From Laetmonice hystrix (taxonomy: Eukaryota), in contig OZ249445.1 in the NCBI GenBank assembly GCA_965235115.1, forward strand, positions 11,160,001-11,224,000: a stretch of DNA of 64,000 nucleotides, read 5' to 3'. Below are positions 1-11,800 of the stretch, piece after piece. How positions within the stretch are numbered: position 1 is the stretch's first letter; every line of letters begins with the position of its first letter. The notes under the pieces were generated by a model, which saw only the letters and a program-made list of their open reading frames with translations, did no database searches and had not been told where the DNA came from. Both the position numbers and the translations under genes were made by a program.

Positions 1-39
1 TTTGTTTAGCCATTAGAAGCTATGAAAGTTTCATTCCAG

Positions 40-87
40 GTTCATTGAGAGGCAGTTTAATTCCGACAGTGATGGTGACAGTGGGAG
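40..87 (+). CDS. Candidate internal exon (phase 2 to phase 2), FIERQFNSDSDGDSG, of an unidentified upstream gene
   Basis: Acceptor tttcattccag at 29-39. The frame starting at 41 is open. The possible donor GAG|gtgatg at 87/88 is weak. If unspliced, the frame ends at TGA 89-91. Confidence 0.35.
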
Positions 88-1063
88 GTGATGGATTTAC
101 AAGCAGTTTGTGTCCAATAACTGCTCCCCTGTTGTGAATGCCAAGGCCTGCGGCTCGGGCTTTGTGTGGCTCGCCAGCTCTGGTGGTGATGTATTGCTGG
201 GAGGTCTTCCCCGTGCAGCGCAGTGCAGTCTGCTGGCAACCTCCTCACCATCGTGGCTCAGTTAAAGGAAATCCTGGCCTCTGGTCTGGTCATCGACCGC
301 GCTCATCTCGGCCGCCTGATCCATCAGCGCTGGTTTTAGCTTGTGTCACAATGTCAGACTCAAGGGCAGTAGGGCCCACACCACATCTCATCAGCAGCTT
401 GATCCACTTCAAGCATACAAAGGAAATGCATATCAAATTCTTGTGTCACCTCCTTCCAATGCGTCACCCCCCTCCCGTTTTAACAGGTCCTTTTTACATG
501 CGGTAAAGCAATAATAATTTTGTGTAAGGAGCATGACCTGATTCAACAGTAACTCCATGATGAGGAGAGAAATTGCCGGTACGTGAATGAGACAAACGGC
601 CTGCCTTGACCGGTTTGTCTAAACATTTCCGTCTCTTTTACATGGCATTCAGAGGCCCTTATAATGATACAGGGCTTAGGCACAGACCTAGAACAACATA
701 CTAGGAATGATACTACTATTGGGGTTACTCAAGTGGGTGAATTACAGGGAGGAGATAGAGGATATAAATTAATGCACATTGTTTTATTCAGGAGGTGGAC
801 ATTGTTGAAAGTTTAATGATTCCAGCGAAGGGTAAAGAGACCTGTTTCTGACGTGACCACCGTGCATGGTGAGATGACTTATGATCTGATGTTCTAGGTC
901 AGCACATTCTGTTTACTAAGGGCCACAGAGAAACTCAGTAACACTAATGGTAGACCTTGGCAGGCCAACACGTGTTTACCATAATGGACACCTGATTGTG
1001 TGCTGTCTTGAAAAGCTTTCAACCTGTTTGTAGATACACAAGAGAAGGCATTTTCTCTGACAG

Positions 1064-1185
1064 TTGTATGAACACCGAGTTCTTCGTCTAAGTGCTCCGG
1101 GAGTTTGCGCTTACTTTGAGTTGGTCAGATCTCCCACGCGGTCACATCAACAACGTCAAAAAGTCGCAGTCGACTTCAGAGAAGG
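1064..1185 (+). other. Candidate cassette or alternative terminal exon
   Basis: Strong acceptor ttttctctgacag (1051-1063) and strong donor AGG|gtgagg (1185/1186). In the phase-2 frame it reads SCMNTEFFV* with the stop at 1089-1091. The phase-0 frame is open throughout. Confidence 0.3.
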
Positions 1186-2120
1186 GTGAGGCTGTTAGAA
1201 GTGCCAGTCTGTATTCTGGCCAATTTGTGGCTCAGAATTGTAGGAATAATGAGTTTATTTGTTGAGCTGACTGCCATGTTGTGTCAATTAGAGAGGTAGC
1301 CCAGTAGGTTTGATGAGAGAACGGGAGTTAAGTGACTGCCACAAGCTTTGAGCTCATTAGTGTGGTTTATTTAACTTTACACCACACCAAATTGAAACCA
1401 AAGTGGGGGTGGTTTAGTTGTGAAAGGAAATCTGTCACTCCCAGGGCATGTAGATTTGGTGGATTTAGTGAAGCATATTCACCAATCAAAAGGAGATGTG
1501 AGAACATTTTACAGACTAGGCCAAGGGGTTGAGACTTTAATGGAATGAAAGCTGCACTTTATCAGGTCGGATTTTTTACGCTATGAATAGTAGCCCGTTT
1601 CAAACTAGTTGAATCTGTCCATGAATCAAATTCTCAAACGCTGAAAAAAAAGCGATATGCGATTCTTACAGGCTTATTTTTGTTAGGATTGACACTTTTG
1701 CTCTGTAAAAGATTGATTTTAAATCAGATAAGCATAAGAGAATTCCCACACAGAATACAAAACATGTTTTTCTACCCAAGATGGCAGAAAATGAGAGAAA
1801 TCACATTTATTGCACATTGGATGATTTTGCATGGTGAACGTGTGCATGTAGTTAAGGACTTCTAGCCAAGCTGCGGCGCATTTAAAAAGTGAGACTTTAG
1901 GGTAGTTTTTACCTTTTTATTAGGTTGCCAGTTTTTGAAGGATTTTCTTTACAGTAAGGATAGGCTTTTGCGCATTAGTGTGACTATATTGCTGGCTGGC
2001 ATTCATGTTAATGAAACGTTACACCCCGTTTATTGTAGGCTCTAGGCTCACAACCGGTAACACATTACTTGACCAAGATGAATATGATGCCAAGATGGTG
2101 GCTGTGAATATGTATCTGTA

Positions 2121-2134
2121 ACCCCCTGGTGGCA
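2121..2134 (-). promoter_or_regulatory. CTCF-like motif
   Basis: The reverse complement TGCCACCAGGGGGT matches the CTCF core CCAC(C/T)AG(G/A)(G/T)GGC except at the last base. Confidence 0.5.
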
Positions 2135-2261
2135 ACGAACATGTGCTTTCATTGAAGGAAAGTGTTCTGGGCATAATTAGGGTCTTATTAGAGGGCTGTG
2201 TGCACTTGGTAATTGCCTGTATCGTGTGAGCGCACAAGGTGCCACATCGGTAGTTAATGAA

Positions 2262-2342
2262 GGGGCGGTGTCAGCCAATCAGGAGGCCTGCCAGGGCGAA
2301 GTGCAGGGTAGGAGCTGGACCCAATTAGGCGCCTGATTGGCC
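2262..2342. promoter_or_regulatory. Promoter-like module: GC box plus two oppositely oriented CCAAT (NF-Y) boxes
   Basis: GGGGCGG at 2262-2268, AGCCAATCAG at 2273-2282 and CTGATTGGCC at 2333-2342, within a locally GC-rich patch. Confidence 0.5.
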
Positions 2343-2463
2343 ACACAGAGCGCAGAGCTGTCAGGCATCATTTACGCAGCCGAGAGCCCCAATCTCTCTG
2401 TCCAGGCTCTGTCTGCACCCCTGTCTGTATGTCTGTCTCTCTGTCGGTCTTCTTCTCACTCAG

Positions 2464-2584
2464 GAGAACGGGTTACACAAGCAATATTTCGAGCGGAGGT
2501 TTTGTACTGTTCAGGCCCACATATATACATAGATCAAAGTCTGGTGTGTGTGGTAACATTCTGCCTGTAAAACATCGCACTTGA
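2464..2584 (+). CDS. Candidate alternative terminal exon (phase 2), RTGYTSNISSGGFVLFRPTYIHRSKSGVCGNILPVKHRT*
   Basis: A long AG-free pyrimidine tract ends in CAG at 2461-2463. Stop TGA at 2582-2584 is followed by AATAAA at 2590-2595. The tract could equally be TC-rich 5'UTR after the 2.3-kb promoter. Confidence 0.25.
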
Positions 2585-3741
2585 ACGAAAATAAAGACAT
2601 GACAAGACGGCGGTTTCTCTGCTCTGGAAGCGAGGCCAGAAGTAGAGAGAAATCAGTTCATTAGTGGTCTTCATGACATTACAACAACGCAGTGACATTT
2701 AGTGATTTCTCAGGTCAGTGTCCAATCACAGCAACCACTGACCGGCAGACCTTATTGACCAGCACTGACCGCAGGTCAAGCAACATCACTGTGGCTGATT
2801 TCTGACAAATTTGTTGTTAGTACTTCCAACTCGCCATGTCATTCCTTCATTGTACGGAGGTGATTTCTGAAGGAGGTTCAGCCCTGATGAGCCATTGTAT
2901 GTTTTCTCCTCACCTGTATACGCCTGACAATACCGTATAGTTGTCAGGAGTAGGTACTGATTCCATGGTGGCGCCTGGTGATCAGGTACTGGGAAGGGGG
3001 TCCGCCCCCCCCCCGGGAGATCAACACCCGGGAGAGATCTTCTCACTGACTGGCAGTAATTCAACGGCCAACGGTGTCAAACCATGGCAGCCATGTTAGA
3101 TATTATACTAGGCTATCTTTGTCTCCTTCTTCATGTCTGTGGATGAGGAAAGCAAGCCTGCTACGTTCGTCCTTGCTTCACCCGGAGGACACTTACGAGG
3201 TAGAGTAGCCTTCCTTGGAAATAGTGCATTAAAGTTGACATGATTAGTGCCAAATATGTAGCCGTCCAAAGAGAAAGGTCATGCTATCATTTTAAAGGTT
3301 GTGCAGTCTTCTTGTGCGGTCTTTATAGCTATCAGTTCTAAGAAACTATGTTCGGAGAGATCATGAAAAAAGATGTATCTCTTTGGTCAAAAGTATTGTT
3401 TGATGATGAAACAAAAGCAAAGTTTCCTTTTGTTAGGCCTGGTTTGCAGTAGAGTATTGTCTTTGCGAAGATACAGCACTACGCGGAAAAGATTAAGGTC
3501 TCAGTTCTGAATGGGGACCTGCACTCAATCAGGCACTCAGGCTTAAAGCTAGCCTGCTCCATCCATTGATCTGGATAGTGACATCTTTGATCAGGAGGTC
3601 TCCAGCTAAAGCCAGGTGTAGCCAAAAGCATGACGTTTTTTGTACTGTACTGACTGTTGTGAACCTTTATTCAACCATGTAGTGAAATGCACAATATGTT
3701 ATTAATGGTCTTGAGGTATGTGATTCTGTCATACCTACCAG

Positions 3742-3835
3742 GTACACCTTTGATGAACAAGTGCACCGTATGAGGCAGAGATTAAAGAAGACATTTGGTC
3801 TTGAGGACATCAGGCATTACTCAGCATCAAATTAA
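3742..3835 (+). CDS. Candidate terminal coding exon (phase 2), YTFDEQVHRMRQRLKKTFGLEDIRHYSASN*
   Basis: Acceptor ttctgtcatacctaccag ends at 3741. The peptide looks like an amphipathic helix. Stop TAA at 3833-3835 is followed in frame by TAG and TGA, and AATAAA occurs near 4168. The phase is compatible with exon 40-87. Confidence 0.4.
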
Positions 3836-6800
3836 TAGTGAGAAATTGCTGATGAAATTAATAGAACCAGAGTACAGACACAAAGGAGACTAGTGTAAAA
3901 AGTGAGTGCAAAAAGTTTTGAAGCGCGATTTTTTGTAGACTTGTGCAGACTGGCTCTCCCCCTTGGAAATCTTACGTCAAAATCTGTAAAAGTTTGTTGC
4001 GGCCAGAGGAGATTCCATTTGGTTTTTGTTGAAGTTGTCGTAAACTTTTCATTGCTGACCTGGCTTTCTGTTGGAGATAGACAGATTTCGGCATGATCAC
4101 TGTGACTTAGTGTTGAACAACTGTATATCTGTTATATTGTGCAGCTGTTAACATGATAGATACCAGTAATAAAAACGGTACACTGAAGTAATTGTCAGGT
4201 TTATCACACGGATGCGCCAAACTCGTCTTCCACACAAGTTTCTCAACGGGGAAATGTTACCCGGCCGCTTGAACTACTCGATGCCTCAGTGGCTTTCTTC
4301 CTAACTGAGCCATTATTTTGACACAGACCAGTTAAGCCTGGTAAACCATGCAGTGACTGTCAAGGCCTACAAGACTCTCCCTTAGAACACCGTTATTAAT
4401 GAGGGAACTTTTCGCACCTGAACTCCTACAAGAGTTTGCATGAAGCCAGACTTCATGTATGTGTCAGCCAATCGTACCAATAACATTAATCTCCACTCAA
4501 ACGTGCTACTCATCTTCATATTAAAGCCATCTTGTTTTCGTGTGTGTCTTTTTCATCATTACTACTTTAACCTTTTTTCAATATTCCTCAGCGTTTCTTA
4601 AACCTTTGAAGGTCGTCGAAGAATGCATTCACATTGGTACTTGAAATCCGTGAATGTGTGAACGAAGTTATCTTTCCGAGCGTCAGCATTTGCTGAACAC
4701 GTTATTGTACCCTCTGGCGTGTGAGAGTCTGCGGCGTCCAGAGGAGAGGGAAGCATAGGACAGGGACCTGAGACGGACGGAACACCAGCGTCATTTGCCA
4801 TTTAGTAATACCTGACAAGGGCACCGTGAGGCGGAGGGCATCACCGCCAGGTCGGCTTGGTTTACTAGGGACCGTAATCATTGACATAACTTAGACCTGC
4901 TTCACTGCCACCGTCTCTGTGACCACTCAGCTGGTTAGTGCGGTTTAACGAACCCTAAAACCAAACTGCTCCCGTAACGACTTCAGCAGCCTCAACCATG
5001 GCAGCTTGTCCTGTTGCTTATTTCAGGGTTGATCGCTGGTGGTTTTCTCCTTGGATTTCAGTTACCTGGGAGGCGGAGATTATATTTTTTAGGGATAACT
5101 AAGATTGAAGGAAAGACCTTGTACCGACCATACGTGAAAAAAAAAGTACTCGTGATTAGGCCGGGATTAAAGCGTTACCAGAGGGCCCTTGATACCCAGA
5201 AAAGTGTCACTTTGAACTCTTTATAAGTACACACGTTTTGATTTTAACAGTAAGAATTTATTAGGTATGTTTAGACTGAACGGAATATGTATGTTACTAC
5301 CGTTTTGTTGTGGCACCACTATTTTTGACCACACTATAGCAACCGCCCACAGTCACTTGCCTATGCAGCTACCTTGTTCCTCTCCCTCAGTACTGCCATT
5401 CATGACTGAAAACCTTTAAACAGTTTTGTTGTAAAGTAAATCGTAAATATTATTTCGACTATTTCCCTGATAGACCACACGGTATTACTCTTATTCCGCT
5501 CACGGGCGGCTAAAATACAGTAGAACTAATGAAGCACAATGGAATCAAGCGTTTTACCCAGGCTGTGTCATTGTTCTTTTCATAAGTTAACGGCTCGGAA
5601 GAAATGCGAGAGCTTACCGAAGGGAACTCATACTAGGGTACTGTAACTAAGGGCTGCCTCGAGCCGGACTGGTAGAAACCGTCTGGGTAGATGCTGTGAA
5701 ACACACCATATGTTGGGCCTTGGGTCAACTTGGTTAGATGGCGGACTTCCTGCTGTAAGCAGACTGCCAAAGTTTCACTAACTTCCCAAGATTCTCGCGC
5801 TGAGCCCACCGGGCGCTACCGCTAATCTCAAGGCTGAAAATTACAAATGAATACATGGCCAAAACAAAGTCTGCGGATGAAATATTTAGTTTTAAAGGCA
5901 TAGTTTTGTTGAATTCTGAGGCAAAGATTATTGAACTAGAAATGTCAAGGGTGATAGAAAAGATTCTTGGATTACCAAGTTAGATTTTTGTAAAATTTCT
6001 TGCTGTTTCATGAATATTTGACACAACTTAATCCGATATCAGATGCAGGAAGGAAAAGAACTCCTGGCAGGGTAGGTTAATATTTATTAAGTCAGAGATC
6101 AGTCTCAGAATCTGAGGAAAGCCTGAAAACATGTTGTGGAATGCTACTCACAACATTGCTAAGTCGCATTATTCGAAAGCTGACATTTTTCATGGCTAAT
6201 CTGTCCCAATATGTGTGAAAGTTTATTGATCAATGAACTGAGAAGTTGAAAGAGTGAGTCCTATCAGAACTTCAGCAGCTTATGCCTGAATCCCAGACCT
6301 GCTTTGAGTGCACTGTGATTTTTTAAGCAGTGTAAATACGCGGGTAAAATGTATATCCAGTTGTATCAATCAGACCCATCTACTTCCACCTTAGAGAGAC
6401 TGAATGGTTACAGATCATAGCAATACGTCTATCCCATGATCCACGGCTAAGGTACGGTACAGTCTACAGAGACTCTTGACTTATCCCCTATTTGTACGGT
6501 GAATTTCTCCGACAATATTTTCAATTTTATAGATGAATAATCATAGGCTGAACTTTAATCATCAATAGAATATAAATTGCATTGTCACATGATGGGACTT
6601 GACAGACTCAAATGTTGTACATGATAAGTGTAATGCGCACGTGATACACATTAATATTAATAGTAACGAAGGAAAACGCCGAAGGAAAAAGCAGAGTCAT
6701 ATAGTCATCTCTCCACCCCTCCCGCCCCACCTGAGAAAAAGCCACTTTTAATTGGAATTGACGTGATTGTGCAGGATATCTATGAGTTTCTTTTGGCACA

Positions 6801-7115
6801 TTCTGTGGTCTACCATTCGAAATGAAGCAGTGAGCAATGCCAGAGACGTGGTATCTCCACCATTTCAACAATCATTCAGCCAGGCCAAGTGATTTATTAC
6901 AGCCTTCGTTATGCATTCTACAACAGAGGCATAATCAATTTCACTAGGTAATTCATTATGAATGGATTTCATTCCAATATTTCAATTTCGCTTTCAATAT
7001 TTCATTAATCTATCCAATTACTCAGATTAGTGAAGATTGCATATGGTATTAATTTTCAGTAATTACAAGTATTATGACACATGATCTGAAATTGCTCTTG
7101 CATTGCTTCATACAG

Positions 7116-7121
7116 ATATTG
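7116..7121 (+). other. Candidate 6-nt microexon (ATATTG)
   Basis: Context attgctcttgcattgcttcatacag|ATATTG|gtaagg. There are three TGC motifs in the pyrimidine tract and the length preserves frame. Confidence 0.25.
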
Positions 7122-8545
7122 GTAAGGCAAGAAGAATTAGTCTCTCTCTCTGTTGTTAATGATATTCTGTTGATGTTCCAGCTTAATTTGTAAGCCTTGT
7201 GTTGGAACATGAATCTAATAATATTTCCAGGAAGGAACTTTATATTAATATAATATGCTTAAGTTTCCTTCTCAGAAATAGTTAGTGTGCACACGTGTCT
7301 ACTAATGTGCACAATATCATCACCGTATCATGTAGGCTTCCATGTAACCTGTATTATATTTATGAAACATGCTCAGTGTAATGAATATTTTCAATCAATT
7401 GTTTTATTGATGAGGACTCATGAGATAGTCTTCTAAGAAAGCAGTTTTACTAAATTACAAAATGTATCTGGGCCCGTGGTCTAGGGCAGCAGTGCCCGAA
7501 TTAGTCTCAGTAAGGTATAATCTCGGGAGGGTATCCTTGTATGGTTCTAGAGGTGGCGTTTCGGGCCCAAATATGATACCGGAGATAAATGGTGGTGAAG
7601 CTTGTCACTTGCCATTGGTTTGTACTGAACTTGGACTTTCCTCAACCTGAAACCTCAGGGAGCATTCGTCATCAGTCCGGATAATTGTGGATAGGTAACA
7701 TTGTACTTGTAATTCTGCATAAAGTGAATAACTATCATTGGCAGAACCTATGGGTTCTCTCACCTGGGGGAAGAGGGGAATCCTCGATTTTAATGACATT
7801 TTTCCTGGCATAGTCATGGTCGTAGCAGTAGAGAAATAAAGGTATCTACAAGGAAAGCTTGTGTGGGAGTTGTGTGGAGTGAAAGTTATTGCACTGCTTG
7901 TTATATTTTACATGTGTTTGTAACAGACGATGTGTGGAGAAGTGGATTACCGGGGGTACCTGTTCAGTTGTAGTGGATATTCTCTCAGTTATTACTATCA
8001 GTATGTGATATGGGGAAGGGGTTTTCGAGAGAAAGGAGAAGAAAGAGAGACAGTTGCGCATTGCAGCAATTATTTTACCATTTGAGCCGAAATCCTAACA
8101 CGTTACAAACGAAGTTATAACATGAAAAGAGGCATTGGCAAAATGTGAGCTGCCATTTTGCCCGGTTTTGTTTGTTTGTTTTGTTTCATGTAAAGATGTG
8201 TCATAAAAGAAACTACATGCTTTCATAATGCTTACAAATCTGATCGCAAAAAAACCTACAGATTCCAGATGCCTGGAAGGCAGCATAATGCTAAAATTTC
8301 ATCGTTAAAAGTTAAATTTGAGTCATAGCGGAAAAATATCTAGTTTTTAAAGATAATGACAGTGTATAAGATCACGTCTGTTCTCTTGCTTAACGTATCA
8401 ACTGGAGAGTAAAGTACACTACAGAACTATCCCACTAATGGGAAAAAATCACTGCAAGAAGTGGCCTGCAAATGTGCAAATGTGATTCCTTTTTGATGGA
8501 TTGCGTGATTTTTTGCCCCTGTCATTTTTCTGACTTCTCCCACAG

Positions 8546-8825
8546 GAAACCGCAAACCTGCTGCCTAAAACGGCAGTACTTTAATGATCTCCATTTGCCT
8601 GCATCCCCCACACCTTCTGCCAAATCAGCCCCTGATTGTCGGCAATTAAAACCGCAGATTTCCCCGGAGGTGTCGCAACATTCTTGCATGCTTTTCATCA
8701 AGCTCAGAAAGTTGAGTGTTCCGGTTGTTAGGGGTGGGGTTCCAAAGATTGTTATGCCGGCCTCTGAGGAAGTTGCAGGCGGAGTAGCTTTCAAGTTACG
8801 AGTAAAATGCGATGGGAGAAGTTGA
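8546..8825 (+). CDS. Weak candidate exon, open in phase 2 for 93 codons (KPQTCCLKRQYFNDLHLPASPTPSAK...)
   Basis: Branch-like CTGAC at 8530-8534 and acceptor tttttctgacttctcccacag ending at 8545. It overlaps ORF-track entry 8472..8825. No recognisable domain. Confidence 0.2.
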
Positions 8826-11800
8826 TAATTGTTGTACATGTCAGGACTCAGCAGTAATTACCAGGATGATGCAGCTGAGTTAGTGCCTAGTTTATACATA
8901 TAATTGTAACAATGATGTATCCTGGTTAGGGCCTGGGTATTGATGACAACGGTATAGTTTACATTGGTTAATTCCCGGGTTATTAGTAATATCGACATGC
9001 AACTCTGATATCATAATTGTACTAAGATCTTTTTAATTTTTCCTTTCTGAAAAGCTCCACGTTATTAGGATCCATTAAAGAAGAAAACCTCAACTGAACA
9101 AAAAAGTGGGGGATTTTTCGGAAGTTGCTAATGGCCGGTGGGAATGGAGTGCCATCGGAGCTACCAATGACCACGTATCACAGTGCGAGCTGACCAGTGG
9201 TCTGCAAGTGTTGGTAATGAGCAGGTGCCATGTTTATTTGTGGATCATTTGCTGCGGTGTCAGAGGGCCAGGGTCCAGTCTAATGAGACTAGCGACGGTC
9301 AATCTGGTCGATGTTCAGAAGAAATTGTGAGCCTTCTTCCCTGCTAGCTACCAGGCCCATATGGACGAGCACTTGGTGGTAATTGGCAATTAGACAGAGT
9401 GCACGTGGTGTGCCATACCGTGCCATAGCAATAGGCAAGGACAGCAACACACATTACCTGACCTATGTTACACCGCTATGTATACAGCTGTTGGGGAAGT
9501 GGTGAAAGCTACGTAGCAGTACGAGCCTAGCCCGGTCCTGGCCCCATTCTCTGAGGTAAACGATAACCCCTGGCCAATAGTACGTACTCACAGCACACGG
9601 GAATCATACAGATGTAGGCCTCCATTAAAACATCAGGCCCATTTTATTTTGCATCTTAAAATTTGCCATTTCTAAATACAAATGTAATTTGTGTTAACTG
9701 GCCCAATTGTCTTGAGGGGGCCTGCATCATCCCTTCTTCAGATCCTAATGGGACATGATTAAAACTTTCATTCAATTAGTTTTGTTCCAAGATATTCTCA
9801 TCAGTGTAACTAAAATCCCTTTTGATTTGCCGTTTCATGAATCAGGTCCTTATTATAACTGCCCTTTCCTCGTCGGATAAGCAGCCACAGCCAACTCTGA
9901 CAGCCATGAGTGAACATTCAAGGCACTGGTAAAGCACTCAATGGCGTCCTCTTAAGATCTTAAGAGCCAGGAGGGCGCCGAGGGATCCCTTAATGGCCCT
10001 TAATGATCTAGACAGTATTGCACTAACACGAGGTGTAAATTTTCGATGTAGTGTTGTATTTCTACCTGCTGAAGTGGCCTGCACTGATGCGGGTGTCGTG
10101 CCCACATAAGACGTGGCCTCGACGTGACGAGTGGCAGGCAGGAACACGATGACCCACTCCTGGCCTCGTACACCGACCATCCCCCTCCGGGCTCGCAGCC
10201 AGCCCCCCCCCCCCCCCCCTACCCGGACATCGACACTAGGCTACAGTTCTACACACTGTTTTCTGGGGATTACTCTACTCAGGTAAAGTGGAGGGAAACA
10301 CCGTAATGGGTCCAAGTAATACCTTGATCCCAGGCTGGGGCCACCTTAGCACTTAAGCGCTGTTGGTGGCAGACTTTGCGAGCCTTTGATGCTAATGTTA
10401 GTGTGATAATGAGTGCCACTCGCTCACAGCAGTGCATTTAGTCACTTCCAATTCAGCATCCCAAAGTTGTCTTCTCGCTGAAACCATCACAGTTACCCGT
10501 CTAATATTGTCTCGGATGTCTTTCAGAGACAGACTACGAAGAAAGCATGTTATTGCGTTTTTCGTGATTTGAATATTGAGTTTTCCTCTTTTCTACTGAT
10601 ATGATTAATTTGATTAATTTACAAAGATCTCGTTCACTGATAGACAATGTGATGAATCAGAATACATTCATGGTACGGAAAGAATTGTGGATCAAAACCT
10701 CAGCTTAGATGAGAAGAATTGACACATCTGGCAAAATGGACGCCTTCCAAGAGTTCATCTGATTTTGAACCAGCACTCGATATTGTTCTTGCATAATGAA
10801 CTGGATCGTCTTGCAAAGGCTACGTAGATAATGTTTATAACTGTTGCCGTCATTCATTATTTTCAAAAGTATTATGAGCATCAGAATAACTTGTTCAGAA
10901 CGTTTGCTGGAGTCCTTCACGACAATGTATTATGGACAACTAATTTCTAGAGAATGAATCTTTTCATAATGCAAGTCCGCCTTTATTATGCAGTCTTGTG
11001 CTTAATCCTCGGGTAACCAAACTTTCATCTTTTGTTCCATTGTGGCGTGTATCTGAAAACGTAATTTTAAAAGAATATCCTTTCTATTTGTTTGTTTGTT
11101 TTAATGATGATTCTCTATCGTGTCTTCATCAGTTTCTGTTGGGAAAAGGTCCCTGGCCTGGAGGCGATGTCCGTTTTCAGTCGGGTGTGTTGTATGGAGC
11201 TAATATGGTAGCCATTTAAATGCGGACCACACCTCCTCCACTTCAAGTGTTCGCCAGCCGAATTAGCTCTAACATGGGAGTCGACCCTGGCTGTTTACCC
11301 GGTTTTAATCGAAAATGAAAGTGACAGTCAGAAGTCTGTACCGGCCGCTGCATTCGGACCAGCAAAGAGACCATTACCTTAGCGAAGCTAGAGATTCAAG
11401 CAAAAGGTGCTTTGAACTTTGACATCGGAAAACGTGATCCCGCTGACCTTCATTCCGATATGAACATTATGCTTGTCAGGGTAGTCTGTTTTCCGGTTTT
11501 TGAGATGGAACTAGTTTAGCGGATCATAGATGCACGTGGCGGCAACCAGGGCAGATCGACCCACCATGAGACACATTTTTGTGCAGTCCTACAGGGATCA
11601 AACATGGAAAGACGGTCATATCGGGAAAATGGTATAGAAATAAACGGGTTTCAAACGGGGTTCTGACCCCACCCCATGCAGTTTGATCTGACTGAAGACA
11701 AAGTGACCATATAAATCCCTGATTGTTTTAACATATACTCGCATTATTTGATTTCTCTGATCAAGGCCCTGCTGTTCTGAACGACATAGCAAGGTCTCCC

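Noticed and set aside
3384-3416. WSKVLFDDETK, resembling the Tc1 transposase W..V.(W/F)SDE motif
   Set aside because: Only 11 aa, with no flanking Tc1 motifs in any frame and no TIRs.
7758-7782. Minus-strand AG|GTGAGA junction with a C-rich tract
   Set aside because: It has no clear second donor and derives from a G-rich patch. I kept it only as a control showing such junctions can occur on the other strand.
10124-10282. PPPPPY (PPxY) frame ending at CAG|gtaaag
   Set aside because: The motif comes from a 17-C homopolymer, and the frame has no acceptor or ATG.
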